A stretch of DNA of 64,000 nucleotides. It comes from an uncultured Gammaproteobacteria bacterium (GTDB taxonomy: Bacteria; Patescibacteriota; Microgenomatia; Daviesbacterales; UBA10151). Below the pieces are notes generated by a model that was given only the letters and a program-made list of their open reading frames with translations, did not search any database and was not told the DNA's origin. A program made the translations under genes and the position numbers. Positions 52,304-60,067 of the stretch are shown in pieces. How positions within the stretch are numbered: the stretch's first letter is position 1; every line of letters begins with the position of its first letter. The stretch is taken from positions 121,739 to 185,738 of the forward strand of contig CAZFYQ010000001.1 in the NCBI GenBank assembly GCA_964523905.1, given 5' to 3'.

Positions 52304-52872
52304 AAAGAAATGGATTGACGTTAATTGAAGCTTTGATTGCCATGGGAATAGCAGCAATTGTCGGTACTTTGGTTTTGTCAGTCGCAATTAACAGCACCGG
52401 ACTTTTTTACAAAGAATCGTCCAAATTACAGGAAGGATTAAATATTAATGACGCTTTAGGCAAGATTCGGGATAGTGTTAATCAATCCAGTGGAGTTGCA
52501 GCCTCATTTACATCAGGTGGTATTACTTATACTTCTTCTGCCACTCAACTGGTCTTAAAAATTCCAGCCATTGATAATTCCGGCAATATTATTGCCAATA
52601 CGCTTGATTATATTGTTTTTTTCCAGGATCAAACAAAGCTACGTTATAAGCTGATCCATGATGTTGCCAGTTCCCGTAAATCCCAGGACCAGATTTTTTC
52701 TACCAGTGTTAACAGCCTGACTTTTAAATATCTTAATTCTCAAAATCCGCCAACTGAGGTTACCCCGGCTAGCGCTGCTAAAATCAGAACTATTTTGAGC
52801 CTAAAACAAAAAAATGGCCTGGCTACAGAGATTAATACAGCTACCTCGGAGGCAGGTTTAAGAAATGACTAA
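52300..52872 (+). CDS. Minor pilin (second PilW-like)
   Basis: G|LTLIEALIAM; C-terminal LRN. Confidence 0.82.
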   Translation: MKRNGLTLIEALIAMGIAAIVGTLVLSVAINSTGLFYKESSKLQEGLNINDALGKIRDSVNQSSGVAASFTSGGITYTSSATQLVLKIPAIDNSGNIIANTLDYIVFFQDQTKLRYKLIHDVASSRKSQDQIFSTSVNSLTFKYLNSQNPPTEVTPASAAKIRTILSLKQKNGLATEINTATSEAGLRND

Positions 52873-54640
52873 ACAGACAGGACAAATTTTATTAATAGTT
52901 TTTGTGGCTGTAGGGGTGGTGTTATTTACAGTTTTGTCAGTGATTGCCGGCGCCCAGATCTATTATCAAAATGCGACTTATTCTCAAAACAGCGAGAAAG
53001 CAATGGCTTTGGCAGAGGCTGGCATTGATAAAGCTGTAGCTTCGATGAATAAAACTGCCGGTAGTTACAACGGCGAAACAGAGACAGTCTTAGGAGACGG
53101 ATCCTATTCAGTAACAGTTGTTCCTAAGGATGCCGGAACAGCTATTATTACAGCTACCGGATATATTCCCAACAAAGCCAACCCTAAGACTAAGCGGACC
53201 ATTAAAATACAGCTTTCAAAAGGTACAGGTATATCCTTTGTCTATGGTATGTTAACTGGTAATGGTGGTATTACCATGCTTAATGGATCAACTATTAATG
53301 GATCAATTTACTCTAACGGCAATATCTCCGGGGGCAATAATGAAACTATTACCGGGGATGTTTATGTGGCAGGAGGTACTCAACCTAATGCTGACCAGCA
53401 AAGTGATTGTACGGGTGTAAACTGTACAGATTTTGTATTTGGCAAAACAGTCAGCGGTAATACCCAATTAGATGTAGCGCAGAGTTTTAAGCCATCCGCA
53501 ACAGCTGTAATTAATAAAGTTTCCTTAAAGCTTAAAAAAACCGGTTTACCTACAAGCATCACTGTTAGAATTCTGGCGGATAATGCTGGTAGTCCCGATA
53601 AAAATAGTGTTTTAACCTCTGGTACACTAGCAGCGGATCATGTAACTAATAGCTATGGTAGTGGCAGCGGTAGTTTTATTGATGTGACGTTTAATTCATC
53701 ACCCACATTAACTGCTAATACCACTTATTGGATTGTGCTGGACACATCGTCTGATTCAAGTAACTATTGGGCTTGGTCTGAGGATACCTCTCAAGGTTAT
53801 ACAGCAGGATCGCCAAAATGGTCCCCTGATTGGTCAGCCTCGCATCCTACCTGGAATAATATTAGCGGAGATTTAGGATTTCAAACTTGGATGGGTGGAG
53901 TGACAACCTCAGTTACCATGGGTAATGGTTCAGTGATACAGGGAAATGTTCATGCTAATACTATCAGCGGTGTCACAATAAATAAGGATGCTTTTTACCA
54001 GACGATTAATAATTCTACTGTTTTAGGCGTTTCTCATCCTAATTCAACTGATCCGGTACCAATTGCCATGCCAATTTCCAGTGGTAATATTTCTGAATGG
54101 CAAGCCCAGGCTGCAACTCATGGTCCTTACCCAGCTCCTAGTGGTTGTCCTACTATAATTGCATCAGGTAAATATGTTGGTGATTTTACTACCGGGAATA
54201 ATTGTACAATTAAAGTTATCACGCCAATTTGGTTAACAGGTAATTTGGTGGTGGGGAATTCAGTAATTTTCCAGATGGATTCCAGCTTGGGTAGTTATTC
54301 CGGACAAATGATTGTTGATGGAACCACCATTTTTGGTAATGGTGATGATTTAAAAGGAACCGGTCAAAGCGGTAGTTATCTTACTTTGCTTTCAACTTAT
54401 CCCTCACAAGTCACGCCAGCTATTAATACCGGTAATAGTTCAATTACGGGAATTTTATATGCCCCCTTTGGAATAATTTCTCTGGCTAATACTGCCAATT
54501 TTAAAGAAGCAGTAGCATGGCAAATTAACATGGGTACTGGAACTGTGCTAACTTATGATTCGGGGTTAATTTCAACCTTTTTTTCTTCCGGCCCTTCCGG
54601 ATCATTCAGCTTAGTTAAAGGTACCTACCAAGTAAAGTGA
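52865..54640 (+). CDS. Large PilX-like pilin with adhesin-like beta domains
   Basis: G|QILLIV, AMALAEAGIDKA; Gly/Asn/Thr-rich beta-helix-like repeats and an inserted domain AQSFKP...LTANTTYWIVL. Confidence 0.82.
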   Translation: MTKQTGQILLIVFVAVGVVLFTVLSVIAGAQIYYQNATYSQNSEKAMALAEAGIDKAVASMNKTAGSYNGETETVLGDGSYSVTVVPKDAGTAIITATGYIPNKANPKTKRTIKIQLSKGTGISFVYGMLTGNGGITMLNGSTINGSIYSNGNISGGNNETITGDVYVAGGTQPNADQQSDCTGVNCTDFVFGKTVSGNTQLDVAQSFKPSATAVINKVSLKLKKTGLPTSITVRILADNAGSPDKNSVLTSGTLAADHVTNSYGSGSGSFIDVTFNSSPTLTANTTYWIVLDTSSDSSNYWAWSEDTSQGYTAGSPKWSPDWSASHPTWNNISGDLGFQTWMGGVTTSVTMGNGSVIQGNVHANTISGVTINKDAFYQTINNSTVLGVSHPNSTDPVPIAMPISSGNISEWQAQAATHGPYPAPSGCPTIIASGKYVGDFTTGNNCTIKVITPIWLTGNLVVGNSVIFQMDSSLGSYSGQMIVDGTTIFGNGDDLKGTGQSGSYLTLLSTYPSQVTPAINTGNSSITGILYAPFGIISLANTANFKEAVAWQINMGTGTVLTYDSGLISTFFSSGPSGSFSLVKGTYQVK

Positions 54641-54686
54641 CAATTGACAATTACAGGCTAACAATCGACAATTAAATAACTGCCCT

Positions 54687-55724
54687 ATGGGAAAAATTAC
54701 TGTTGGCTTAGACTTAGGAGTATCCTCAATTAAAGTTGTTTCTTTAAATAAAGACGGAGATACTCACAAATTAGTTTCGCTGGGAACAATTGGTTCGCCT
54801 GCTCCGGGAATGTTATCTGACAGTGAAGAAGTATTAGTTGGTGTGGGAGAAGTGATCAAAAAGCTGATGTCTGCTACCAAAATAGAGCAAACAGAAGTGA
54901 TGATTGCTTTGCCTGAATCAAAAGTTTTTACCAGGGTGATTGATGACTTGCCTTATTTAACTGATAACGAGCTTTCTACAGCTATTCGTTATGCAGCTGA
55001 AGAATTTATCCCAATGCCAATTACAGAGGTTAATTTAAACTGGCAGGTTTTACTAAGAACTGATCCTAAGCTTAAAGACGCCAGAACTATTGTGCTGGTA
55101 GTAGCTTCTCCGAAGAAGGTGGTAGAAAAATATCTGAAAATATTAACAGCGGCCGGTTTACGCCCCAAAGCTTTGGAAACAGAAACTATTGCAGCAACCA
55201 GGTCTTTAGTGGGAAATAATCCTTTTTCCCCTACTACTCTTATCATCCAACTGAGTGCAGCTACCACAGATTTTGCTGTAGTAACCAAGGGCTTAATTTG
55301 GTTAACCCGCTCTATTTCTACAGGTGGAATGGCCTTAACGCGTTCATTATCCCAGCATTTCAATTTTGAATTGGCGCAAGCTGAGGAATATAAAAAGGTT
55401 TACGGTCTTTTGGAGGATCAGCTGGAGGGAAAGGTCTCTGAAGTGTTAAAACCAATTGCTGATATTATGGTAGGTGAAGCAAAACGAATGATTCAGTCTT
55501 TTGAAGCTAAATATCCACAAAATCCGGTTAAAAGAGTAGTTTTATCAGGTGGCGGAGCCAAAATGCCGGGTTTAGTAATTTATTTTGCCAACAACTTAGG
55601 TTTGGAAGTGCAGGAGGCTGATCCCTGGTATTCGATTGCTAAAGATAAGGCTTTAGATCCTAAATTGGCACTAACCGCTCCTTCTTATGCTGTTGCTGTG
55701 GGACTGGCTTTAAGAGAGGATTAA
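54687..55724 (+). CDS. pilM: Type IV pilus assembly protein PilM
   Basis: VGLDLGVSSIKVV, AEEFIP, AEEYKK.YG, LSGGGAK.PGL, AVAVGLALR. Confidence 0.93.
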   Translation: MGKITVGLDLGVSSIKVVSLNKDGDTHKLVSLGTIGSPAPGMLSDSEEVLVGVGEVIKKLMSATKIEQTEVMIALPESKVFTRVIDDLPYLTDNELSTAIRYAAEEFIPMPITEVNLNWQVLLRTDPKLKDARTIVLVVASPKKVVEKYLKILTAAGLRPKALETETIAATRSLVGNNPFSPTTLIIQLSAATTDFAVVTKGLIWLTRSISTGGMALTRSLSQHFNFELAQAEEYKKVYGLLEDQLEGKVSEVLKPIADIMVGEAKRMIQSFEAKYPQNPVKRVVLSGGGAKMPGLVIYFANNLGLEVQEADPWYSIAKDKALDPKLALTAPSYAVAVGLALRED

Positions 55725-55725
55725 T

Positions 55726-56274
55726 ATGCCAAAGTTAATGTCAATAGATTTATTGCCGGCTGAATTTAAGCAGGCCCAAATTAAAAATTCTAAATTTTAC
55801 AAGATCCAGTCAATTGGCATAGCCATTATTGGCATAATTGCATTTTTAGCTTGTTTAATGGTGGCTCTTAGACTTTTGCAAAGCCAAAAAATCGTCCAAT
55901 TGCAAAGCAGGGCTTCTGAAGCAGAGCAAAAAGTTTCCAGTTTAAAGACCTCACAGGGCTATTTATTACTGTTAAAAAATAGGCTGGATACCATTAATCA
56001 ATACCTGGGTACGCCTTCGAAGATTTCCGCAGTCTATGATCTAATTGAAAGACTTTTGCCACCGGATGTGTCTATTAGTACAATTTCAGTTAGTCGTGAT
56101 GGTGAAGTATCAATTTTAGCTACTAGTAGTAACCCAAACTCTTTGGATTTATTCTTAAGCACTTTGCTATCAAAAGACAGTAGTAATGGTCAAATTAAAC
56201 AAGTTAATATGGATAACTTAAGTAGAGGCAAAGATGGGATTTATAGATTAACTGTCACCATTAAACAAAAATAA
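55726..56274 (+). CDS. pilN: PilN-like protein
   Basis: IDLLP motif, TM, coiled coil; follows pilM. Confidence 0.8.
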   Translation: MPKLMSIDLLPAEFKQAQIKNSKFYKIQSIGIAIIGIIAFLACLMVALRLLQSQKIVQLQSRASEAEQKVSSLKTSQGYLLLLKNRLDTINQYLGTPSKISAVYDLIERLLPPDVSISTISVSRDGEVSILATSSNPNSLDLFLSTLLSKDSSNGQIKQVNMDNLSRGKDGIYRLTVTIKQK

Positions 56275-56277
56275 CCG

Positions 56278-56979
56278 ATGAAAAAAGAGGACATTGTCAG
56301 ATTCTATCTGGAATACAGAATGTTTATTTTTCCGGCTGTCACGGCTATTTTAAGCTTAATTTTCATTGTCCTGGTGATTTATCCCCAAACTATGAAGCTG
56401 CTTAGTAATCAAAAGGCCCAAGTAGATATCACTACCAGGTCAAGCTTTTTAGAAGAGAAAGCTCAGGAATTGGAAAACTATAATCAACAGGATTTAAATA
56501 ACAAAGTTAACATTTCCTTAAATTCTTATCCTGCTGATAAAGATTTCGCAAACGTGATCGGACTGTTGCAGAATATGACCAGTCAGTTAGGATTTACCAT
56601 TGTTTCGCTATCTCTTGGTGGAGGTACTGTTAAAGCCCCGGGCGTTCAAAGCTATAGTATTAAATTAGATTTGCTAGGGCCACTGGCTGCTGCTCCGGTT
56701 TTAGTAAACAATATTGAACAGTCTCCAAGACTGATGAAAGTATCCGGAATAGAAACTTCATCTGGGGGTAATCCTAATGCCGCATCTATCACCCTCAGCC
56801 TGGAGGTACTATATTCGCCCGCCATCTCAAGCTATGGTAGCGTTGACTCCCCGTTGCCTAAATTAACAGAAAAAGATCAACAGGTTTTAGCAACATTACA
56901 GTCCGCTGTTTCCCCGCTTGAGCAAACTTCAGCCACCTCTGCTGCGGTGGCCCGAGGAAGGGACAATCCCTTTCAGTAG
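56278..56979 (+). CDS. pilO: PilO-like protein
   Basis: TM, coiled coil, IEQSPRLMKV, GRDNPF; follows pilN. Confidence 0.75.
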   Translation: MKKEDIVRFYLEYRMFIFPAVTAILSLIFIVLVIYPQTMKLLSNQKAQVDITTRSSFLEEKAQELENYNQQDLNNKVNISLNSYPADKDFANVIGLLQNMTSQLGFTIVSLSLGGGTVKAPGVQSYSIKLDLLGPLAAAPVLVNNIEQSPRLMKVSGIETSSGGNPNAASITLSLEVLYSPAISSYGSVDSPLPKLTEKDQQVLATLQSAVSPLEQTSATSAAVARGRDNPFQ

Positions 56980-57630
56980 TTCAGGTCTGACTGCTTTTGT
57001 TTTTGCAAGAGACTGATCTTTTCGCCATTGATCAATGGCTTCGTGGTTTCCGGATAGTAAAATCTCCGGAACTTTTAGTTTTCCCCATTTCTCTGGCCGG
57101 GTATACTGTGGACCTTCCAGCAAGTCTTCAGTAAAAGATTCATTAATTATTGCTTCTGGTTTTTCTAAAACTCCCGGAATTAATCTAGTTACTGAATCGG
57201 TAATTATCATGGCTGGAATTTCTCCGCCAGTTAAAACATAATCGCCAATAGAAATTTCCTCATCCACATACTGATCAATAAAACGCTGATCAACTCCTTC
57301 ATAGTGACCGCAGACTATGATGATGTGCTTTAATTTGGATAGTCTTCTGGCATCAGCTTGCTGGTATGTTTTACCAGAGGCGGAAGTTAGAATAACTGTA
57401 CCGGGTTTTACTGATTTTAATGCTTTGGCTAGGATGTCAGCTTTTAGAACCATGCCTGCTCCGCCGCCATATGGCCTATCATCAACTATTTGGTGTCTTC
57501 CTTCACCAAAGATTCTTAGATTGATTAATTCAAAGGAAATTTTCTTTTTTTGCTGTGCGCGCTTAAGGATGGATGAATTTAAAGTTGGTTCAAATACTTC
57601 GGGGAATAAAGTAATGATTGATATTTTCAC
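56929..57630 (-). CDS. trmD: tRNA (guanine-N1)-methyltransferase
   Basis: ITLFPE, DDRPYGGGAGMV, CGHYEGVDQR, SIGDYVLTGGE, PQYTRP, LLSGNH. Confidence 0.98.
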   Translation of the reverse strand: MKISIITLFPEVFEPTLNSSILKRAQQKKKISFELINLRIFGEGRHQIVDDRPYGGGAGMVLKADILAKALKSVKPGTVILTSASGKTYQQADARRLSKLKHIIIVCGHYEGVDQRFIDQYVDEEISIGDYVLTGGEIPAMIITDSVTRLIPGVLEKPEAIINESFTEDLLEGPQYTRPEKWGKLKVPEILLSGNHEAIDQWRKDQSLAKTKAVRPELLKGIVPSSGHRSRGG

Positions 57631-57899
57631 TTTTCAGTCTGATCTTCGGTTTTTTTGTACGCGCCTGCTGGTTCAGTAAGTTGCAGATTAACCCGGACAT
57701 TTTCAGCAATTGCCCTAATAGTAAGTAACTTACGGATCGCACGAATAGTTTGACCGCTTTTGCCAATAATTAAACCCATATCTGAAGGGTCAACCGTTAA
57801 ATTCAAATTAACATTGCCGGCATCTTCTTGCTCGTCAATTACTACAGCATCGGGATTACTAACTAAATTTTTAACAATATACTCAAGCAGATCCTTCAT
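57627..57899 (-). CDS. khpA: KH-domain RNA-binding protein
   Basis: DMGLIIGKSGQTIRAIR; between rpsP and trmD; start moved to MKDLL. Confidence 0.92.
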   Translation of the reverse strand: MKDLLEYIVKNLVSNPDAVVIDEQEDAGNVNLNLTVDPSDMGLIIGKSGQTIRAIRKLLTIRAIAENVRVNLQLTEPAGAYKKTEDQTEK

Positions 57900-58413
57900 C
57901 TTTGGTCTCCTCTGCTTCTGCTGCTGGCCCTGCAACTGGTTCAGTATCTGTTGCGGGTGCTTCCTCTGTAGCCGGCTCTTCAGGAGTTGCAGTGGCTTCT
58001 TCTGTTGGAGTTTCAGCTGGAGCTTGTTCAACAGGTTCCACGGTCTCTGCAGGTGTCACAGCCTCTTCTGCTGCAGGAGCTGCTTCTTCTGTAGTTACTT
58101 TAGCAGCTTCATCTGGTTGTTGGGTTGGTTGAGCTGCTGGTGCTGCTTTCTTTTCTTTCTTTGGTTTTCTTGGTGGTCTTTGTGGAGCTTTGCCAATCAT
58201 TCGAAGGTACCCATCAGAAAGTTGAGCGCCTTTTTTAACCCACTCATCAATACGATCTTGTTTTAATTTGATTTCCTTAGGGTCTGTTAAAGGATTGTAG
58301 GTACCGAGTAATTCAATATAGGTTCCGGTTCTTTTGGCACGCTCGTCAACAGCCACCACCCGATAAAAGGGTTTCTTTTTTGCACCTATTCTTAAAAGTC
58401 TGATCTTAAGCAT
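57883..58413 (-). CDS. rpsP: 30S ribosomal protein S16 with long acidic C-terminal tail
   Basis: LKIRL.R.G.KKKPFYRVV, IELLGTYNP, W...GAQ.S. Confidence 0.97.
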   Translation of the reverse strand: MLKIRLLRIGAKKKPFYRVVAVDERAKRTGTYIELLGTYNPLTDPKEIKLKQDRIDEWVKKGAQLSDGYLRMIGKAPQRPPRKPKKEKKAAPAAQPTQQPDEAAKVTTEEAAPAAEEAVTPAETVEPVEQAPAETPTEEATATPEEPATEEAPATDTEPVAGPAAEAEETKDEGSA

Positions 58414-58420
58414 GGTGATA

Positions 58421-58449
58421 AGTATATGGAAAAGCTAGCTTTAAGTCAA
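58421..58449 (-). promoter_or_regulatory. sigma70-type promoter of rpsP, leaderless spacing
   Basis: TTGACT-17 bp-TATACT, 7 nt before ATG. Confidence 0.75.
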
Positions 58450-58469
58450 TGTGTAGTTGAAAAAGGGTT

Positions 58470-59159
58470 CTAATCCAGTTTTTTAAGTGCCAGTGTTGCT
58501 GCCTGTTCTTCGGCTTCCTGTTTACTATTACCCTCACCTCTTCCGTATTCCTTAGCTTTCAAATAAACTGCCACCAAAAACTTTTTAGCATGATCAGGAC
58601 CCTTGGTTCCTAAGATTTTATAGTGAGGAGATTCTTTTAAGCGGTCCTGAACCATCTCCTGTAATAGCGACTTGGCATCTTTTGGCGGTCCGGATTTTAA
58701 CTCAGCTGCAAACAGCGTTAGTAAAGTTTTATCAATCACTTTTTCAACAGCAGCTAAACCCTGGTCTAGAAAAACTGCCCCAAGCAGTGCCTCAAAAGTA
58801 TTGGCTAGTAGCTGAGGGTTTATTCTGCCTCCTCCCAATTCCTCACCTTTTGAAAGTCTAAGAAAACTACCGAGATCTAATTTTTTGGAAGCTTCAGCCA
58901 AAGATTTTGTTTTAACAATGTAGGCTCTTAAGTTGGTGAGGTCTCCTTCAGCGTCTTGTTTCCTAGTCTTATATAAGTGGCTGGAAACTACAAAGGATAA
59001 AATAGAATCACCCAAAAATTCTAAACGTTCGTTTGATTCCAAGTTAAGACTGGTCTCATTTAAAAAAGAGCGGTGATGAAAAGCTTGCTGAAGCAGTTTT
59101 ATATCATTAAATTTGATATCCAGCCGGGTTAACAGTTTTTGAAATTCGTCATCTGCCAT
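58470..59159 (-). CDS. rnc: Ribonuclease III
   Basis: NERLEFLGDSIL, FEALLGAVFLD, dsRBD DAKSLLQE...GPDH...G.SKQEAEEQAA. Confidence 0.97.
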   Translation of the reverse strand: MADDEFQKLLTRLDIKFNDIKLLQQAFHHRSFLNETSLNLESNERLEFLGDSILSFVVSSHLYKTRKQDAEGDLTNLRAYIVKTKSLAEASKKLDLGSFLRLSKGEELGGGRINPQLLANTFEALLGAVFLDQGLAAVEKVIDKTLLTLFAAELKSGPPKDAKSLLQEMVQDRLKESPHYKILGTKGPDHAKKFLVAVYLKAKEYGRGEGNSKQEAEEQAATLALKKLD

Positions 59160-59161
59160 GC

Positions 59162-59401
59162 CTAGTCTAATAAGTTATCCTCGACTAATACAATTAAATC
59201 TTCTACCCTGGCTAAATGTTCTACCTGATCTGGCTCAAAAGTGATATTAAACTTATGTGAAAGACTTGACAGCAGATCATTTAATTCAATTGGACCTAAG
59301 TTTAAATCCTCTGATAAAAGTGAATCCCTTTCAATATCATCCGGGGTTAAACCCAGCTGCGTTGCAATAATATTAATAATTTCTGTTTCAGTTGCTGACA
59401 T
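59162..59401 (-). CDS. Acyl carrier protein-like protein
   Basis: 79 aa, acidic, ACP pattern IIATQLG...I..DS.L.EDL...F.I...E....V.DLI; upstream of rnc; lacks DSL serine. Confidence 0.75.
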   Translation of the reverse strand: MSATETEIINIIATQLGLTPDDIERDSLLSEDLNLGPIELNDLLSSLSHKFNITFEPDQVEHLARVEDLIVLVEDNLLD

Positions 59402-59750
59402 GTTTACTCTTTACTACCTGACCCAAAGCACCATTGATAAATGCTCCTGAGGAATCAGATCCATATTCCTTTCCCAGTTCAATTGCTTCATCAATGATCA
59501 CTTTTGGAGGTGCCTCCTTTACTATTATCAACTCAAAAATTGCTAAACGCAAGATAGCTAAATCAATTCGATTGATTTCTGCAAACGGTCTGCCGCTTGC
59601 TGCCTTGGTAATTAATCCATCAATTTTTTTAAGATGCTTGATAATTTCGGCGATTTCCTTGGGAGTTTTCTTTTGATTGAAATTCCAAGAAAAAAGTTCC
59701 TGCATTAATTTAATGCGCTGTAAATGGCGGGGATCTTTGGCAGTTCTCAT
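59388..59750 (-). CDS. nusB: Transcription antitermination factor NusB
   Basis: [29 protein letters not shown]...S..FINGALG. Confidence 0.95.
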   Translation of the reverse strand: MRTAKDPRHLQRIKLMQELFSWNFNQKKTPKEIAEIIKHLKKIDGLITKAASGRPFAEINRIDLAILRLAIFELIIVKEAPPKVIIDEAIELGKEYGSDSSGAFINGALGQVVKSKHVSN

Positions 59751-59945
59751 CTAAGCTTTAGTAACTTTAACTTCAGGTTTAGCTGCTACCTTTCCTCCAT
59801 AAAAACCACATTCCTTACATACAACGTGAGGTATGGTAGGCTTTCCGCAATTTTTACAAGCCACTACAGACAGAACTAAATTAATAGATGCACGTCTGGT
59901 TTTCTTTCTACCTTTACTATGTCTACGTTTTGGTTCGCCTGCCAT
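59751..59945 (-). CDS. rpmF: 50S ribosomal protein L32
   Basis: PKRRHSKGR..RR, CKNCG...PH.VCKECGFY; SD AAGGAGG. Confidence 0.96.
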   Translation of the reverse strand: MAGEPKRRHSKGRKKTRRASINLVLSVVACKNCGKPTIPHVVCKECGFYGGKVAAKPEVKVTKA

Positions 59946-60067
59946 ATTGTTTAAGCCTCCTTAGATCCTTCGGGAACTCGAAGGTCGTTTAGACCTTCTC
60001 GCCCTCAGGATGACAATTTGCTTAGGATATATTATACGCAAATTGTCAATTGTGCCAGTTAATTTTG

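Noticed and set aside
46564-54640. Diversity-generating retroelement acting on pilins
   Set aside because: No reverse transcriptase and no template/variable repeat pair differing at adenines seen in the window
56929-56979. Convergent 3' overlaps (pilO/trmD; also NUDIX/murC at 35547-35592)
   Set aside because: Short tail overlaps are common in compact genomes and need no special mechanism
57760-58266. Cys-rich 168-aa plus-strand ORF
   Set aside because: Antisense shadow of the low-complexity rpsP tail and khpA
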